A stretch of DNA of 64,000 nucleotides from Candidatus Woesearchaeota archaeon (GCA_016935175.1 JAFGRK010000032.1:1719-65718), one strand, 5' to 3'; positions 9,805 through 20,224 are shown, counted from the stretch's first letter. The notes: generated by a model not told the origin, from the letters alone. A program made the numbers and translations.

Positions 9805-10296
9805 ATGAAAAAAGCACAAGCAGCACTTGAGTTCTTAACCACATACGGTTGGGCGTTCTTAGTGATATTGGTAATGATAGGCGCACTGGCATATTTCGGA
9901 ATCCTAAGCCCTAGCAGGTTCCTCCCAGAAAGATGCAACGTAGGGCCAGAGTTCTCGTGCGACGAGCACCAGGTCCTATCAGCTGGAACATTGAATATAA
10001 TATTCACAAACAATGTTGGCGATACAATCAACAGTGTTACAGTTACTGGTGCAAAATGGGCGCAGGAAACTCTACTTGATGGTGACGCGGATGGAGACAT
10101 TGATAATTGTGTAGATATAAGCGGAAACAGTTACAGGGCAGGAGACCCAATTACTGTAACATGCACATTCAACAACGCACTCTTCCCGCCTGAAGGCGCC
10201 AAGATGAAGTTCAACGTAGACTTAACATACATACCACAGGGCAAGACTTACACCAAGCCTTTAACAGCAGAAGTCTACACGGCACTGCAGCCTTGA
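9805..10296 (+). CDS. Archaeal type IV pilin (probable major pilin)
   Basis: Class III signal MKKA|QAALEFLTTYGWAFLVILVMIGALAYFG with Glu at +5. Confidence 0.9.
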   Translation: MKKAQAALEFLTTYGWAFLVILVMIGALAYFGILSPSRFLPERCNVGPEFSCDEHQVLSAGTLNIIFTNNVGDTINSVTVTGAKWAQETLLDGDADGDIDNCVDISGNSYRAGDPITVTCTFNNALFPPEGAKMKFNVDLTYIPQGKTYTKPLTAEVYTALQP

Positions 10297-10298
10297 GA

Positions 10299-10346
10299 TT
10301 ATTTCTTTTTTTAATATTCTTTTCTTTTTCCTTTTATTTAATTTTT
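10299..10346 (+). terminator. Oligo-T archaeal terminator
   Basis: Several T-runs immediately after the pilin stop codon. Confidence 0.5.
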
Positions 10347-10372
10347 GCACAAGCCAAGATAGTAAGAGCACC

Positions 10373-10870
10373 ATGAAAACAAAAAAGAGGATGAGCAAAG
10401 GCCAGGCAGCCTTGGAATACATCACTACCTATGGCTGGGCTATACTCGCAGGCATACTTGCCGTAGGAGCAATGGCTTATTTCGGCTTCCTAAGCCCTAC
10501 CAAGCTTTTGCCTAATGAGTGCAGCTTTGGCAAGCAACTGGAATGCTCAGAGTTCAGGATTGTCCGCGATGGAGCTAATGCAAGGGCTGATGTGTTCTTC
10601 AGGAATAACTTTGGCAAGCCCATCAACATCTCTGCAGTTGAAGAGGATGCTGAAGGCATAAACATAGGCAGCCCTAGCGGGGACCTGCCTATAACAATAG
10701 ATTCTGGGGCAAAGCAAGAGATATACATAGACTTAATTGATGATGACAAGTACTCAAGAGGGGATAAGAGGCAGGCTAACATCATGATCAGGTTCCACAG
10801 GTCTGACATAGACGGAGCCCCGGTTCACAACTTGTCAGGCTATGTGTTCACTACAGTCATGACTCCTTGA
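10373..10870 (+). CDS. Archaeal type IV pilin (paralog)
   Basis: SKG|QAALEYITTYGWAILAG; shares the LSP...LP..C..G....C pattern with 9805..10296. Confidence 0.9.
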   Translation: MKTKKRMSKGQAALEYITTYGWAILAGILAVGAMAYFGFLSPTKLLPNECSFGKQLECSEFRIVRDGANARADVFFRNNFGKPINISAVEEDAEGINIGSPSGDLPITIDSGAKQEIYIDLIDDDKYSRGDKRQANIMIRFHRSDIDGAPVHNLSGYVFTTVMTP

Positions 10871-10883
10871 GGATGTGAAAATG

Positions 10884-10995
10884 CAGGATAAGCCCCTACT
10901 CGGCAGTCTTAAACCCTATACTTCGTATAGGAACTAAGCCTGCCTCGCCGTGCCTTGCCTTCATTAACATTCAAGCAACGACGGTGCTTATCCTG
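10884..10995. repeat. Intergenic inverted-repeat element
   Basis: CAGGATAAGC...GCTTATCCTG arms enclosing the hairpin CCTATAC-TTC-GTATAGG. Confidence 0.5.
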
Positions 10996-11172
10996 ACGCT
11001 ACAAGCGCTAAAAAAACAGCAAACTTTTTAAATAAGCCAGGCTTCTCTGAGGGGAAGAGGAGTTGTTCTAACACCTGAATAAAGAAAAATAATGATTATG
11101 ATGCTTTTTTCAAAGGGAAAGGCTAAAGCAAAAAAAAAATCAACCAATAAATAAGCTAAGAGGCGATTTGTT

Positions 11173-11811
11173 ATGAAAGACGATGATGTTTTGAAGACCG
11201 GGACCACGACCATAGGCATTTTGTGCAAGGACTGCGTAGTATTGGCAGCTGACAAGAGGGCTACTGCAGGCCATTTCATTGCCAACAAGAAAGTGGACAA
11301 GGTAGTGCCTATCAATGACAGGATGGTCCTCACAACCGCAGGAGTGGTGAGCGACATACAGCTGCTTATCAAGATACTCAAGGCTGAGCTAAAGCTCAAG
11401 AGCATAAGGGTTGACAGGGAGCCCAGCGTTAAGGAAGCAGCCAACCTGATGACCAATATAATATATAATAATATTAGGAAATTCAGCGCCATACCAGGGG
11501 TCACCCATTTCTTATTGGGAGGCTCAGATGCCAATTCAGTGCATCTCTATGACTTGTTCGCTGATGGAAGCATCACTGAGATTGATGATTTTGTGGCCAG
11601 CGGCAGCGGCAGCGAGATGGCCTATGGAGTGCTAGAATCCCAGTACAAGAAAGACCTTTCAGAGGCAGAAGGGGTTGAGCTAGCGATGAAAGGTGTTAAT
11701 GCGGCCATGCAGAGGGACTCTGCAAGCGGGGAAGGCATTGACGTCTATGTAGTCAACAAGTCAGGAGTAAGAAAGGCTGCTCACAAGAAAGTGAACACCC
11801 GCGCTGAATAA
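11173..11811 (+). CDS. psmB: Proteasome beta subunit
   Basis: Propeptide ending KTG|TTTIGI, AADKRAT and SGSGS. Confidence 0.97.
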   Translation: MKDDDVLKTGTTTIGILCKDCVVLAADKRATAGHFIANKKVDKVVPINDRMVLTTAGVVSDIQLLIKILKAELKLKSIRVDREPSVKEAANLMTNIIYNNIRKFSAIPGVTHFLLGGSDANSVHLYDLFADGSITEIDDFVASGSGSEMAYGVLESQYKKDLSEAEGVELAMKGVNAAMQRDSASGEGIDVYVVNKSGVRKAAHKKVNTRAE

Positions 11812-11960
11812 GCATTTTAGGTTCTGAAAAGCAAAACTGTTTCAAAATCTTTTTTTGAATTCAGGTACAATATCTAAAAAAGAAGGGTTAAAAGTTCAAA
11901 AAGCTAAGATAGCTTAGGATAATTCCTAATAATCTAAAAAACTAACGAGGTAAATACAAT

Positions 11961-13856
11961 ATGTCAGAAATTATAGATGAGATACTTAACCATGTGCCCA
12001 AGGACAAGATAAGCGACGCTGTGTTTGAGGGCGCGAACATAGTTCTCTACACCAAGAACAAGGACTACTTCCTGGATGACCAGGGCAAGGTCAAGGAAGT
12101 GGTCAACATGATAAAGAAGAGGATAGAGCTAAGGCCAGACCCTAGCATCTGCCTGGAGCAGGAAAAGGCTGAGAAGCTCATCAAGAATATAGTCACAGAA
12201 GAGGCAGGCATAGACCAGGTTATCTTTGACCCTCAGAGGAGCATAGTGATAATTGAGGTGCAGAAGCCTGGATTGGCCATTGGCAAGCAAGGAGAGAACC
12301 TGCAGGAGATAAAGAAACAGACCCTGTGGGTGCCTCAGATAAAGAGGACTCCTGCCATAAGGAGCCAGCTCATAGAGAATGTCAGGGCTGTACTCTACCA
12401 GAACAATGATTACAGGAGGAAGTTCCTTCACAAGACAGGCCAGAGGATTTACAATGGCTGGCTCAGGAGGGCTAAGAAAGAGGAATGGATAAGGCTGAGC
12501 ATGCTAGGAGGGGCTCGCCAGGTAGGCAGGAGCTGTTACCTGCTCCAGACTCCAGAATCAAGGGTGCTATTGGACTGCGGCATTGACGTAGCCAATGAGA
12601 ACGATGCCTACCCTTACCTTGAGGCTCCTGAGTTCTCAATAAAAGACCTGGATGCAGTAATCATAAGCCACGCTCACGTAGACCACTCAGGCCTAGTGCC
12701 TTACCTTTTCAAGTACGGCTACAAAGGGCCTGTTTATTGCACATTGCCTACCAGGGACATAATGAGCCTGCTGCACCTGGACATGATCAAGATCCAGAGG
12801 AACGAGGCCAAAGAGCCAATATACAGCACTGATGACATCAAGGAGATGGTCAAGCACACCATCTGCCTGGACTATGAGGAAGTAACAGACATAACCCCTG
12901 ATGTAAGGATAACATTATACAATGCAGGGCACATGCTAGGAAGCTGCCTTGTCCACATACACATAGGCAATGGATTGCACAACATGGTCTACACTGCAGA
13001 TGTCAAGTATGCCAAGACCAACATGCTAAGCATGGCTGACACCAACTTCCCAAGGCTTGAGACCTTGATGATAGAATCAACCTATGGGGGAAAGGACAAC
13101 ATAATGCCGCCTGCAAAGGAAGCTGATGACCAGCTGAGCGAGCACATCATAAACACCATCAAGAAGAAAGGGAAAGTGCTCATGCCAGTCCTTGGGAGCG
13201 GAAGGGCCCAGGAAATCATTGTTCTACTGGACAAGCTAATGCGCGAAGGCAAGCTTAGCGACAAGATACCAATATACATTGACGGAATGGTATGGGACAT
13301 CACAGCAATACATACAGCCTACCCTGAGTTCCTAAACAGCAATCTCCGCCAGCAGATATTCCACAAGGACAACAACCCCTTCCTAAGGGAGAACATCAAG
13401 AGGATTGGCAGCTCGCAGGAAAGGAAAGAGCTGATAGAGGATAAAGGGCCTTGCGTGATCCTGGCGACTAGCGGAATGCTAGTAGGGGGGCCAAGCGTAG
13501 AGTACTTGAAGCAGCTCGCAGAGAACCCTAAGAACCTGCTCATCTTCACCTGCTACCAAGGAGAAGGAAGCCTGGGAAGGAGGATACAGCGCGGTGAGAG
13601 AGAAATCAATTTCCAGAAGAGCAACAAGTTCGAGACTATTGGCGTCAACATGGAAGTGGAGAAGCTGGAGATAACAGGCCACAGCGACAGGAAAGAGCTC
13701 ATAGCATTTGTGAACCATTGCAATCCCAAGCCCAAGAAGATAATCGTGGTGCACGGGGAGAGCAGCAAGTGCCTGGACCTGGCAAGAAGCCTGCATAACA
13801 TCACCAAGGTAGAGACTGTCGCGCCAAGGAACCTTGATGTGCTAAGGCTGAAGTAA
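11961..13856 (+). CDS. fttA: Beta-CASP ribonuclease aCPSF1 (FttA), KH-MBL-beta-CASP
   Basis: N-terminal KH domains (KPGLAIGKQG), GGARQVGRSC, SHAHVDHSG, AGHMLGS and VHGE; conserved synteny with psmB. Confidence 0.95.
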   Translation: MSEIIDEILNHVPKDKISDAVFEGANIVLYTKNKDYFLDDQGKVKEVVNMIKKRIELRPDPSICLEQEKAEKLIKNIVTEEAGIDQVIFDPQRSIVIIEVQKPGLAIGKQGENLQEIKKQTLWVPQIKRTPAIRSQLIENVRAVLYQNNDYRRKFLHKTGQRIYNGWLRRAKKEEWIRLSMLGGARQVGRSCYLLQTPESRVLLDCGIDVANENDAYPYLEAPEFSIKDLDAVIISHAHVDHSGLVPYLFKYGYKGPVYCTLPTRDIMSLLHLDMIKIQRNEAKEPIYSTDDIKEMVKHTICLDYEEVTDITPDVRITLYNAGHMLGSCLVHIHIGNGLHNMVYTADVKYAKTNMLSMADTNFPRLETLMIESTYGGKDNIMPPAKEADDQLSEHIINTIKKKGKVLMPVLGSGRAQEIIVLLDKLMREGKLSDKIPIYIDGMVWDITAIHTAYPEFLNSNLRQQIFHKDNNPFLRENIKRIGSSQERKELIEDKGPCVILATSGMLVGGPSVEYLKQLAENPKNLLIFTCYQGEGSLGRRIQRGEREINFQKSNKFETIGVNMEVEKLEITGHSDRKELIAFVNHCNPKPKKIIVVHGESSKCLDLARSLHNITKVETVAPRNLDVLRLK

Positions 13857-13864
13857 TTCTGAAA

Positions 13865-13973
13865 AAAAGTCGCCTCAGCCGTCAGCAAGTGCAACGATGT
13901 TTACAAAGTAAACGAGTTGCACGATGGCTGACGAGGCGGGGGATGCCCCCACGGGGTGCCGAGGGCGACTTTT
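13865..13973 (+). repeat. Intergenic structured repeat, copy B
   Basis: Terminal inverted repeat AAAAGTCGCC...GGCGACTTTT; core GAGGCGGGGGATGCCCCCACGGGGTGCCGA (13933-13962). Confidence 0.75.
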
Positions 13974-14098
13974 CTTTTCAAAAGCTTTAAATACTTTCTT
14001 AGCCAAGGAAGCATGTATGTAGATGTAGGACTACAAAAAAGGTAGTTGTGAGCATAAAAAGTTATAGGCATAAAAAAAAAGAGGTTAGCAATCATAAC

Positions 14099-15655
14099 AT
14101 GGCAACAGCTGAAGACTGGGGCAAGCTGCTAGTGCAGCACGGCTTCATAAAGGATAAATCCAGGGCTAAGTACAAGCAGAAAGATGATGGGACTTGGATT
14201 GCTGCGCAAGGGGATGCAAGCCCTTCTGACGCTGACATGGAAGAGGCAGAGGAAGCTAACATAACAGCATCAACTGCTTCAGCCTTCACCAGCTACATAA
14301 AGACAGGCTACCCTGACCCTTTCAAGAGGTACAGGCTGATTGTTGAGTCACCTAATGTCAGCATAGAGGAGAACTACTATTGGCTTCTGAACTATATGCG
14401 CTACAGCAGCGCATTTCCCCACGTAGATAAGCTTACTGACATCTTCAGCGCAAGCGAGCAGAGCGCCTTCTGGGGAGCCTCCCAGAACAGGATAGGCATA
14501 CAGCAGGACAGGGCTTCTGGCTACCTCAAGGGAATCTCTGAGATGATAAAGACAGGGCTTTTCCAGCTGGTCAGGGAGCTGAGGATTATTGACGAGAAGC
14601 TTGAGCCTAGGAAGCAATGGGGCAAGAACAAGGCAGCAGACATAGCCCTAAAAGGCGAGTACGGAGACCTGGTTGAGAACAGGGGAGGCCAGGTGCAGCC
14701 AGGAAGCATCTACCACCTATCACAGAATGTTGGGTTTACTATCCTGCCTGACTTGTTCTTCAACACCCAGGTCTATGACCTAGACGAAGTGGACAAAGTG
14801 GTTGACAACCTAAAGTTCAACACCAATGTGAAGCACGTTCTCAGGAGAAAGCTTTTTGCCTTCATCAACTGGAAGCTCAAGACAGACAAGGAGCTGGAGA
14901 GCAGGAGGACCTTCACCCTAAAGTACTTGCGCCAGCACTGGAACGTCATCAAGATGTACATGAACTGGGTCAAGCCTTATATCAGGAACATTGCAAGGCT
15001 ACAGATGAGCCCTGAGCACACAGAAAGCCCTGACCTGATAAGCGCTTTTGAGACCAGCATGGTAGAAGTGGAGATACTTGCGCATAAGGAGAGCAAGACG
15101 CGCTACCACCCTTGCATCCTAGCAACTTTCAAGTACAGGACCAGGCCTGAGCTAAGCTTCCAGAAAGACCAGTACGCCCACAGGGGACCAATTCACGTCG
15201 GCTACCTTGAGATAACCCTTAGGGGGTATGGGTGGAGCAAGGAACAGATAGAAGCTTACAAGAAGCTAAAGAAAGCAGAGGACATGATGCTCCTGGGAAT
15301 GGTTGATGAAGGAATAAAGGCAGCAATGGATGCCCTAGGCGAGGACCTAGAGAAATACTTGTGGGAAGCAGGAGAGAAAGAGTTTGAGGAGAAGAGGAAA
15401 GCCAAGGAAGCAGAAGAAAAGAAGAAAAAGAAGAAGCTGGACACCAGCCTGGCCTTAGGCGCACTAGACCCTTTCCTCTCAGTCTTCAAGGGCATGTGGG
15501 AGATGTTCAACATCTTCGTGCCTGTAAGCTCAGTGCAGCTGGGAGGGAAAAAGAAAGCCAAAGGCGACCCAAAGGATGCTGCAGCGGCTGCAGCAGTGGA
15601 GATGTTCCTCATGTACAAGAACTACAAGAAAGCCCACTCCATGCTCAGCTGGTAA
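14099..15655 (+). CDS. Hypothetical protein
   Basis: Long ORF with genome-typical codon style; ATG 14099 is preferred over GTG 14048. No motif recognised. Confidence 0.8.
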   Translation: MATAEDWGKLLVQHGFIKDKSRAKYKQKDDGTWIAAQGDASPSDADMEEAEEANITASTASAFTSYIKTGYPDPFKRYRLIVESPNVSIEENYYWLLNYMRYSSAFPHVDKLTDIFSASEQSAFWGASQNRIGIQQDRASGYLKGISEMIKTGLFQLVRELRIIDEKLEPRKQWGKNKAADIALKGEYGDLVENRGGQVQPGSIYHLSQNVGFTILPDLFFNTQVYDLDEVDKVVDNLKFNTNVKHVLRRKLFAFINWKLKTDKELESRRTFTLKYLRQHWNVIKMYMNWVKPYIRNIARLQMSPEHTESPDLISAFETSMVEVEILAHKESKTRYHPCILATFKYRTRPELSFQKDQYAHRGPIHVGYLEITLRGYGWSKEQIEAYKKLKKAEDMMLLGMVDEGIKAAMDALGEDLEKYLWEAGEKEFEEKRKAKEAEEKKKKKKLDTSLALGALDPFLSVFKGMWEMFNIFVPVSSVQLGGKKKAKGDPKDAAAAAAVEMFLMYKNYKKAHSMLSW

Positions 15656-15701
15656 AGATTTCAGAATTTCATTAAAGAATCATTATTATTCCTGATGCAT
15701 A

Positions 15702-16337
15702 ATGGCAATCGATGAAGAGAACCTAAGCCCTGAGGAAAAGATCAAGCAGCTGCTTGGCTCAGAGAAAGAGAAGAGAGAGGAGCTAGAGGCAAAAAAAGCA
15801 GAGCTGGATAAGAAGAAAAAGGAGCTTGAGGAGCTAGAGAAGAAAAGCACCAGGGAGATCCAGGCGACAAGGAAAGCCATCCAAGAACAGATTGAGGAGA
15901 TTGCCAGCGAGGAGAAGCAGCGCTTTGAGGAATTAGAGGAGATACGCAGGAAGAGAGAGCTAGAGGCGCAGAGCCTTGAAGAGGCAATAACAGAGGAAGA
16001 GGAAAAAGGCAACATCCCTCAAGGGCCAGTGCCAAGAGGTTATGGTGATGCAATCAACCAAGTCCTTGCAGGCAACCCGACTTTTTACGACATCACCAAT
16101 TATAATGTGATGAACCAGCTGGAGCAGATAGCCAGCCAGGCTGCCAACAGGGCAATGACAGAGCAGGAAAGGGCATTTGTCGAGCTGGTCCAGTACCATG
16201 CAGAAAGGTTTGGCAGGGATGACTTTTACAAGGACAAGGATGAGTCCAACTACCTCGCAAGGGAATTGGCAAAAGTAGACCAGATAAGCAAGTCAGCAAA
16301 GGATTCAAGCCAGATGAAAAAATTATATGATGTGTAA
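15702..16337 (+). CDS. Coiled-coil hypothetical protein
   Basis: E/K-rich N-terminal coiled coil; short spacing to both neighbours suggests an operon. Confidence 0.75.
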   Translation: MAIDEENLSPEEKIKQLLGSEKEKREELEAKKAELDKKKKELEELEKKSTREIQATRKAIQEQIEEIASEEKQRFEELEEIRRKRELEAQSLEEAITEEEEKGNIPQGPVPRGYGDAINQVLAGNPTFYDITNYNVMNQLEQIASQAANRAMTEQERAFVELVQYHAERFGRDDFYKDKDESNYLARELAKVDQISKSAKDSSQMKKLYDV

Positions 16338-16359
16338 GAAAAGCAAAGCATAGCAAACA

Positions 16360-18372
16360 ATGATCTACGGCGACTATTACAACGCAATGGACAGGTACTA
16401 CGGCAGGATTGAGCCTACAGACATACCTATTGAACCGACCATGCCAGTTGAGACTAGCAAGCTAGGGCCAAAAGAGATAGGCACAGGAACTAATCCAATG
16501 ACCAACCAGCTAGCAGCCTTCAACGCAAGGATAAGGGAAGGAGCTGGCAAGATAGAGTTCGAGTTCTTAGGCCAGGGAAAGACTAACTCGCAAAGGCCAG
16601 GGCCAGAGGCTTCAGGAGCAAAAGAAAGGCAAGACATGAGGGACTTGGCAGAGATTAATGACGTGAGGACAAGTGTTCACGCAAGCTGGCACCAGGGAGG
16701 CCTTGCAGGGCTTGGGCAGCAAGGCTTTAATGAGCAGATAAGGCAGGAGGCTATCCGTGAAATTGAGAAAGCAATACATTTTGCAGCAGAAGCCACCAAG
16801 GGAGGCGCTGTGGTGTTTCACTCAGGAGAATGGCAGAGGCCTCTCACAGACCTAAGAGGAGATTCAAGGACAGGCTTCATAGGCTACCCTGGAGAGGCAG
16901 AGAAGACCCCTATAATGGTGGTTGACAAGCAAACAGGAGAAATAGAAGCCATTAGGAGAGACCAACTAATATTTGAGCCTAAGTTCTTCACAGCAGCAGA
17001 CTATGAGAAAGAGAGAGGAATAAAGCTTGTAGGCACTACTGACAAACGAGGCAACATAGTAGAAGCAGAAGACTGGATTGACACTGAAGGCAACGCCATA
17101 AAAAAGGAATGGGTGATGTCTGAGAAGCCTGATGAGGTAGAAAGGCTTTTTGACAGGGTACCTGTATGGAACTCTGCCAAGACTAATTTTGAAGTTGAGA
17201 AAAAGAATTTTGAAAGCTTCAAAGAAGAGGCAGATAGGCTCAGCAAGAAGCTAGGTAAAGAAATATCACCTGAAGTTCTTATATTCAAGTCCCGTCGCGC
17301 AGATGAAGTCTCACAGTCAAAAGGCTCATCTCTTTTTTATGCTAAGCACTATGAGCATTATAAAAAAATTCACGATGCTGCTGTAAAGGCTTTGGCGTTT
17401 TATGAGAAATTTGAAGGAAATATGACTGATAAGGAGAAATGGCATTTTATGATGAAAGACCAGGAGATAAGCAGCAGCCTCGGAGGATTAGTTTATCCCA
17501 CTGACCAACTTCCTACAGAATTCTTAAAGGAAAGGATAAAGGCAACTGCTGATGAGATGCGCCACATACACGAAAGCTCAGCCACTGCAGACGCAAGGGC
17601 CCAGATGGCAATGGACAGAATGAAAAGAGTGGAGACTGTTGAGAATTATGGCTTGAAGAAGACAGCAGAGACCATGAGCCATCTTGGCATGAAAGCTTAC
17701 AGGTACAGCCAGGACCATGCAAAAGAGCTGGAAGAGTCAATTTATGTTGCCCCTGAGAATTGGGATATAAAAGAGTACGGAAGCCATCCTGATGAGATGA
17801 AGAAGATAATCAAGGAGTCAAGAAAAAAAATGGTCGAGCAATTGATGGTCGAAGGCTTGCCAGAGGAAGAGGCGCAGAGAAAGGCCAAGGAGCACATCAA
17901 GGCAACCCTTGACGTAGGCCATTTCAACCTTTGGAGGAGCAGGTTTGAGCGTTTAGACGGGGAAAGCATGAAAGACAGGGACAAGAGATTTGACAAGTGG
18001 CTTATCGAGGAGACCAAGAAGCTTGCCAAGGAAGGAATTGTAGGCCACATCCACCTAAGCGACAACTTTGGCTATGATGACGAGCACCTCACGCCAGGAG
18101 AAGGGAATACCCCGATGAAGGAGTTCATCAAGAACATGGAAGAGGCAGGGCTCAAGGATTTCATAGTGGAAGCTGGAAGCTTTAATGTCGCAACCTCCAT
18201 GCCAGACACATGGGCTATGATGGGAAGCCCGATATACGGCACTACCAGGCTGCCTAGCTTCAGGGGAGTGCACCAGCAGCACTTTGGCTATCATAATCCT
18301 GCAATGTACATCGTCGGGGCTTATGCTCCCAGCAATGAGTGGCACTTATGGTCAGAGGTGCCTTTGGAATAG
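16360..18372 (+). CDS. Xylose isomerase-like / AP endonuclease 2 TIM-barrel protein with a large insertion
   Basis: Metal-ligand motifs SVHAS, VVFHSGE, APEN, TLDVGH and HIHLSDNFGYDDEHLTPGEG. Confidence 0.8.
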   Translation: MIYGDYYNAMDRYYGRIEPTDIPIEPTMPVETSKLGPKEIGTGTNPMTNQLAAFNARIREGAGKIEFEFLGQGKTNSQRPGPEASGAKERQDMRDLAEINDVRTSVHASWHQGGLAGLGQQGFNEQIRQEAIREIEKAIHFAAEATKGGAVVFHSGEWQRPLTDLRGDSRTGFIGYPGEAEKTPIMVVDKQTGEIEAIRRDQLIFEPKFFTAADYEKERGIKLVGTTDKRGNIVEAEDWIDTEGNAIKKEWVMSEKPDEVERLFDRVPVWNSAKTNFEVEKKNFESFKEEADRLSKKLGKEISPEVLIFKSRRADEVSQSKGSSLFYAKHYEHYKKIHDAAVKALAFYEKFEGNMTDKEKWHFMMKDQEISSSLGGLVYPTDQLPTEFLKERIKATADEMRHIHESSATADARAQMAMDRMKRVETVENYGLKKTAETMSHLGMKAYRYSQDHAKELEESIYVAPENWDIKEYGSHPDEMKKIIKESRKKMVEQLMVEGLPEEEAQRKAKEHIKATLDVGHFNLWRSRFERLDGESMKDRDKRFDKWLIEETKKLAKEGIVGHIHLSDNFGYDDEHLTPGEGNTPMKEFIKNMEEAGLKDFIVEAGSFNVATSMPDTWAMMGSPIYGTTRLPSFRGVHQQHFGYHNPAMYIVGAYAPSNEWHLWSEVPLE

Positions 18373-18390
18373 CCACTTATAGGCATTAGC

Positions 18391-18520
18391 CTAAAAATTG
18401 TTTGTGCCAATTTACGAGCATACTCTGTTTAAGCATTTGCTTGAGCCGGGGGGATGCCCCCTCGGGGGTGGCTCGGTATCAATTTAGCAAGCTACCATGC
18501 GAGCCCGGCACAATTTTTAG
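18391..18520 (+). repeat. Intergenic structured repeat, copy C (divergent ends)
   Basis: Terminal inverted repeat CTAAAAATTGT...ACAATTTTTAG; core GAGCC-GGGGGGATGCCCCCTCGGGGGT-GGCTC (18443-18474). Confidence 0.65.
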
Positions 18521-18595
18521 GGATGAAAACCAGCAAAAAAAGGGAAAGTTTAATAAAACTCAACACTTATTATCATTAAAAAAGAGGGTGAGGCA

Positions 18596-19408
18596 TTGGA
18601 GTTTAGTATCCATAAGAGGAAAAAGCAGGTTTCTGACAGCTATCCTAAGGAAGTAATGGACATAGCCTATGACTTCAGCAAGCGAGTCTACAAGGAGTTT
18701 GCCAAGTTCATAAAGGCTATTGTGCTTTTCGGCAGCTCTGCAAGGAAAAAGCAAGGCGGCCAGGGAGACATAGACGTCCTTATAATAGTGGATGATGTGA
18801 GCATAATCATTGACAAGGAGTTTGTCCAGGCTTACAGGATTATCATCCAGAAGATAGCTGCAGAGGTGAACCCTCAAAAGCTTCACATAACCACTCTTAA
18901 GTTCACTAGCTTCTGGGAGTATGTAAGGGCAGGGGACCCTGTGGCTGTCAACATACTAAGGGATGGCCTGCCGATAATTGACTCTGGCTTCTTTGAGCCA
19001 TTGCAAGTTTTGCTTTACCAAGGAAGAATCAGGCCTAGCCCTGAGAGCATGTGGAATTATTTCAGCAAGGCTCCTGTGACTCTTTATAATTCCAAGTGGC
19101 ATATCAAGCAGGCAGTGCTTGATCTTTACTGGGCTGTCATTGATGCTGCTCACGCAGCCTTGATGAAGCTCAACGAGGTGCCTCCTAGCCCTAGCCATGT
19201 CGCTGACATGCTGGAGATAAAGATGGTGAGGAAAGGATTGCTTGACAAGAAATACGCCCATACCATGAAACAGTTCTATCACATCTCAAGGATCATCCTG
19301 CACGGCCAGGTAACTGAGATCTCAGGCGCCCAGTTCGATGAGTACTTCAGGCATGCCAAGGAATTCGTTGATGAGATGCAGAAGTTCATTGAAGGCAGAA
19401 AAAGTTAG
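18596..19408 (+). CDS. Fused nucleotidyltransferase (MNT) and HEPN-like protein
   Basis: IVLFGSSAR...GDIDVLII at the N-terminus and a HEPN-like helical C-terminus (LYWAVIDAAHAALM). TTG start after GGTGAGG. Confidence 0.8.
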   Translation: MEFSIHKRKKQVSDSYPKEVMDIAYDFSKRVYKEFAKFIKAIVLFGSSARKKQGGQGDIDVLIIVDDVSIIIDKEFVQAYRIIIQKIAAEVNPQKLHITTLKFTSFWEYVRAGDPVAVNILRDGLPIIDSGFFEPLQVLLYQGRIRPSPESMWNYFSKAPVTLYNSKWHIKQAVLDLYWAVIDAAHAALMKLNEVPPSPSHVADMLEIKMVRKGLLDKKYAHTMKQFYHISRIILHGQVTEISGAQFDEYFRHAKEFVDEMQKFIEGRKS

Positions 19409-19453
19409 GGAGCAAAACCTCATTCTAGAAAAAAGCTTTAAGCCTATTGCTTA

Positions 19454-20215
19454 TTACCTGTTGCAGGCGACGCCATAATTATACTCGCAGGCACTTATTG
19501 ATTGGCAGCTCCTTGCGGTTATAGGAGTAGTCTTGTAGGCGAGCCAAGGAGTATAGGACTGGTAGGCGTAATTATAGTTATAGCCGCATGAATAAGCATT
19601 AATATCCCATTCATGCTCATGGCCATAGTGCTTGACATACATTGCGCAGGTGCCATTAGGCCCTGGCATGTAGCCGTAGACATGCTGGCCAAAGGTCTTC
19701 ATGCCTTCTGGGATGATGCTCTTGTCCAGCTCTGACGGGTTAGGGTTCCTGACGATATCAACCCTTCCGAGTGAAGGATAATAGACATCCACATCTGAAT
19801 AGCCCACAAAGCTGTCATAGCCTCTGAAATCATCATACTTGTACTCTATGCCCATGTCCTCGTGGAAAAGGTATTGCCTTGGGTAAGGCCCTGTCACGAC
19901 GGGCAGGTTGCCGTCGTAATACCTATCGTCGTAATAAACGTAATTGGCTCCGAGTGGATTGTAGCTTTGGTAAGGATAGTAGTTTTGAGAATAATAATCT
20001 TGGTAAGGGCTTTGCTGATAACTATTTTGCTGATAGCCCTGCTGGTAATCTTGCATGTTAAGGTTTTGGCTATTATATGAAGAGTAATGGCTTCCGAGAT
20101 AGTAGTAATCATAGTTAAAGCCATCAGTGTCATACCAGTAAGCCTGGGTTGCTGAGATCAAAGTCATGAGAATCATCAATGCAGCGCATACAATCGTAAT
20201 CATCTTTCTTATCAT
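19454..20215 (-). CDS. Secreted Tyr/Gln-rich low-complexity protein
   Basis: Signal peptide ending ATQA, followed by Y/Q/N/S-rich sequence. Confidence 0.75.
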   Translation of the reverse strand: MIRKMITIVCAALMILMTLISATQAYWYDTDGFNYDYYYLGSHYSSYNSQNLNMQDYQQGYQQNSYQQSPYQDYYSQNYYPYQSYNPLGANYVYYDDRYYDGNLPVVTGPYPRQYLFHEDMGIEYKYDDFRGYDSFVGYSDVDVYYPSLGRVDIVRNPNPSELDKSIIPEGMKTFGQHVYGYMPGPNGTCAMYVKHYGHEHEWDINAYSCGYNYNYAYQSYTPWLAYKTTPITARSCQSISACEYNYGVACNR

Positions 20216-20224
20216 GTTGCCACC

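Noticed and set aside
6167-10870. Archaellum interpretation of the pilus locus
   Set aside because: No ArlH/ArlF/ArlG or archaellin-type N-termini were seen; two separate TadB/C-like genes and QAALE(F/Y) pilins indicate a pilus.
11173-13856. psmB adjacent to aCPSF1
   Set aside because: This synteny is well known and conserved in archaea.
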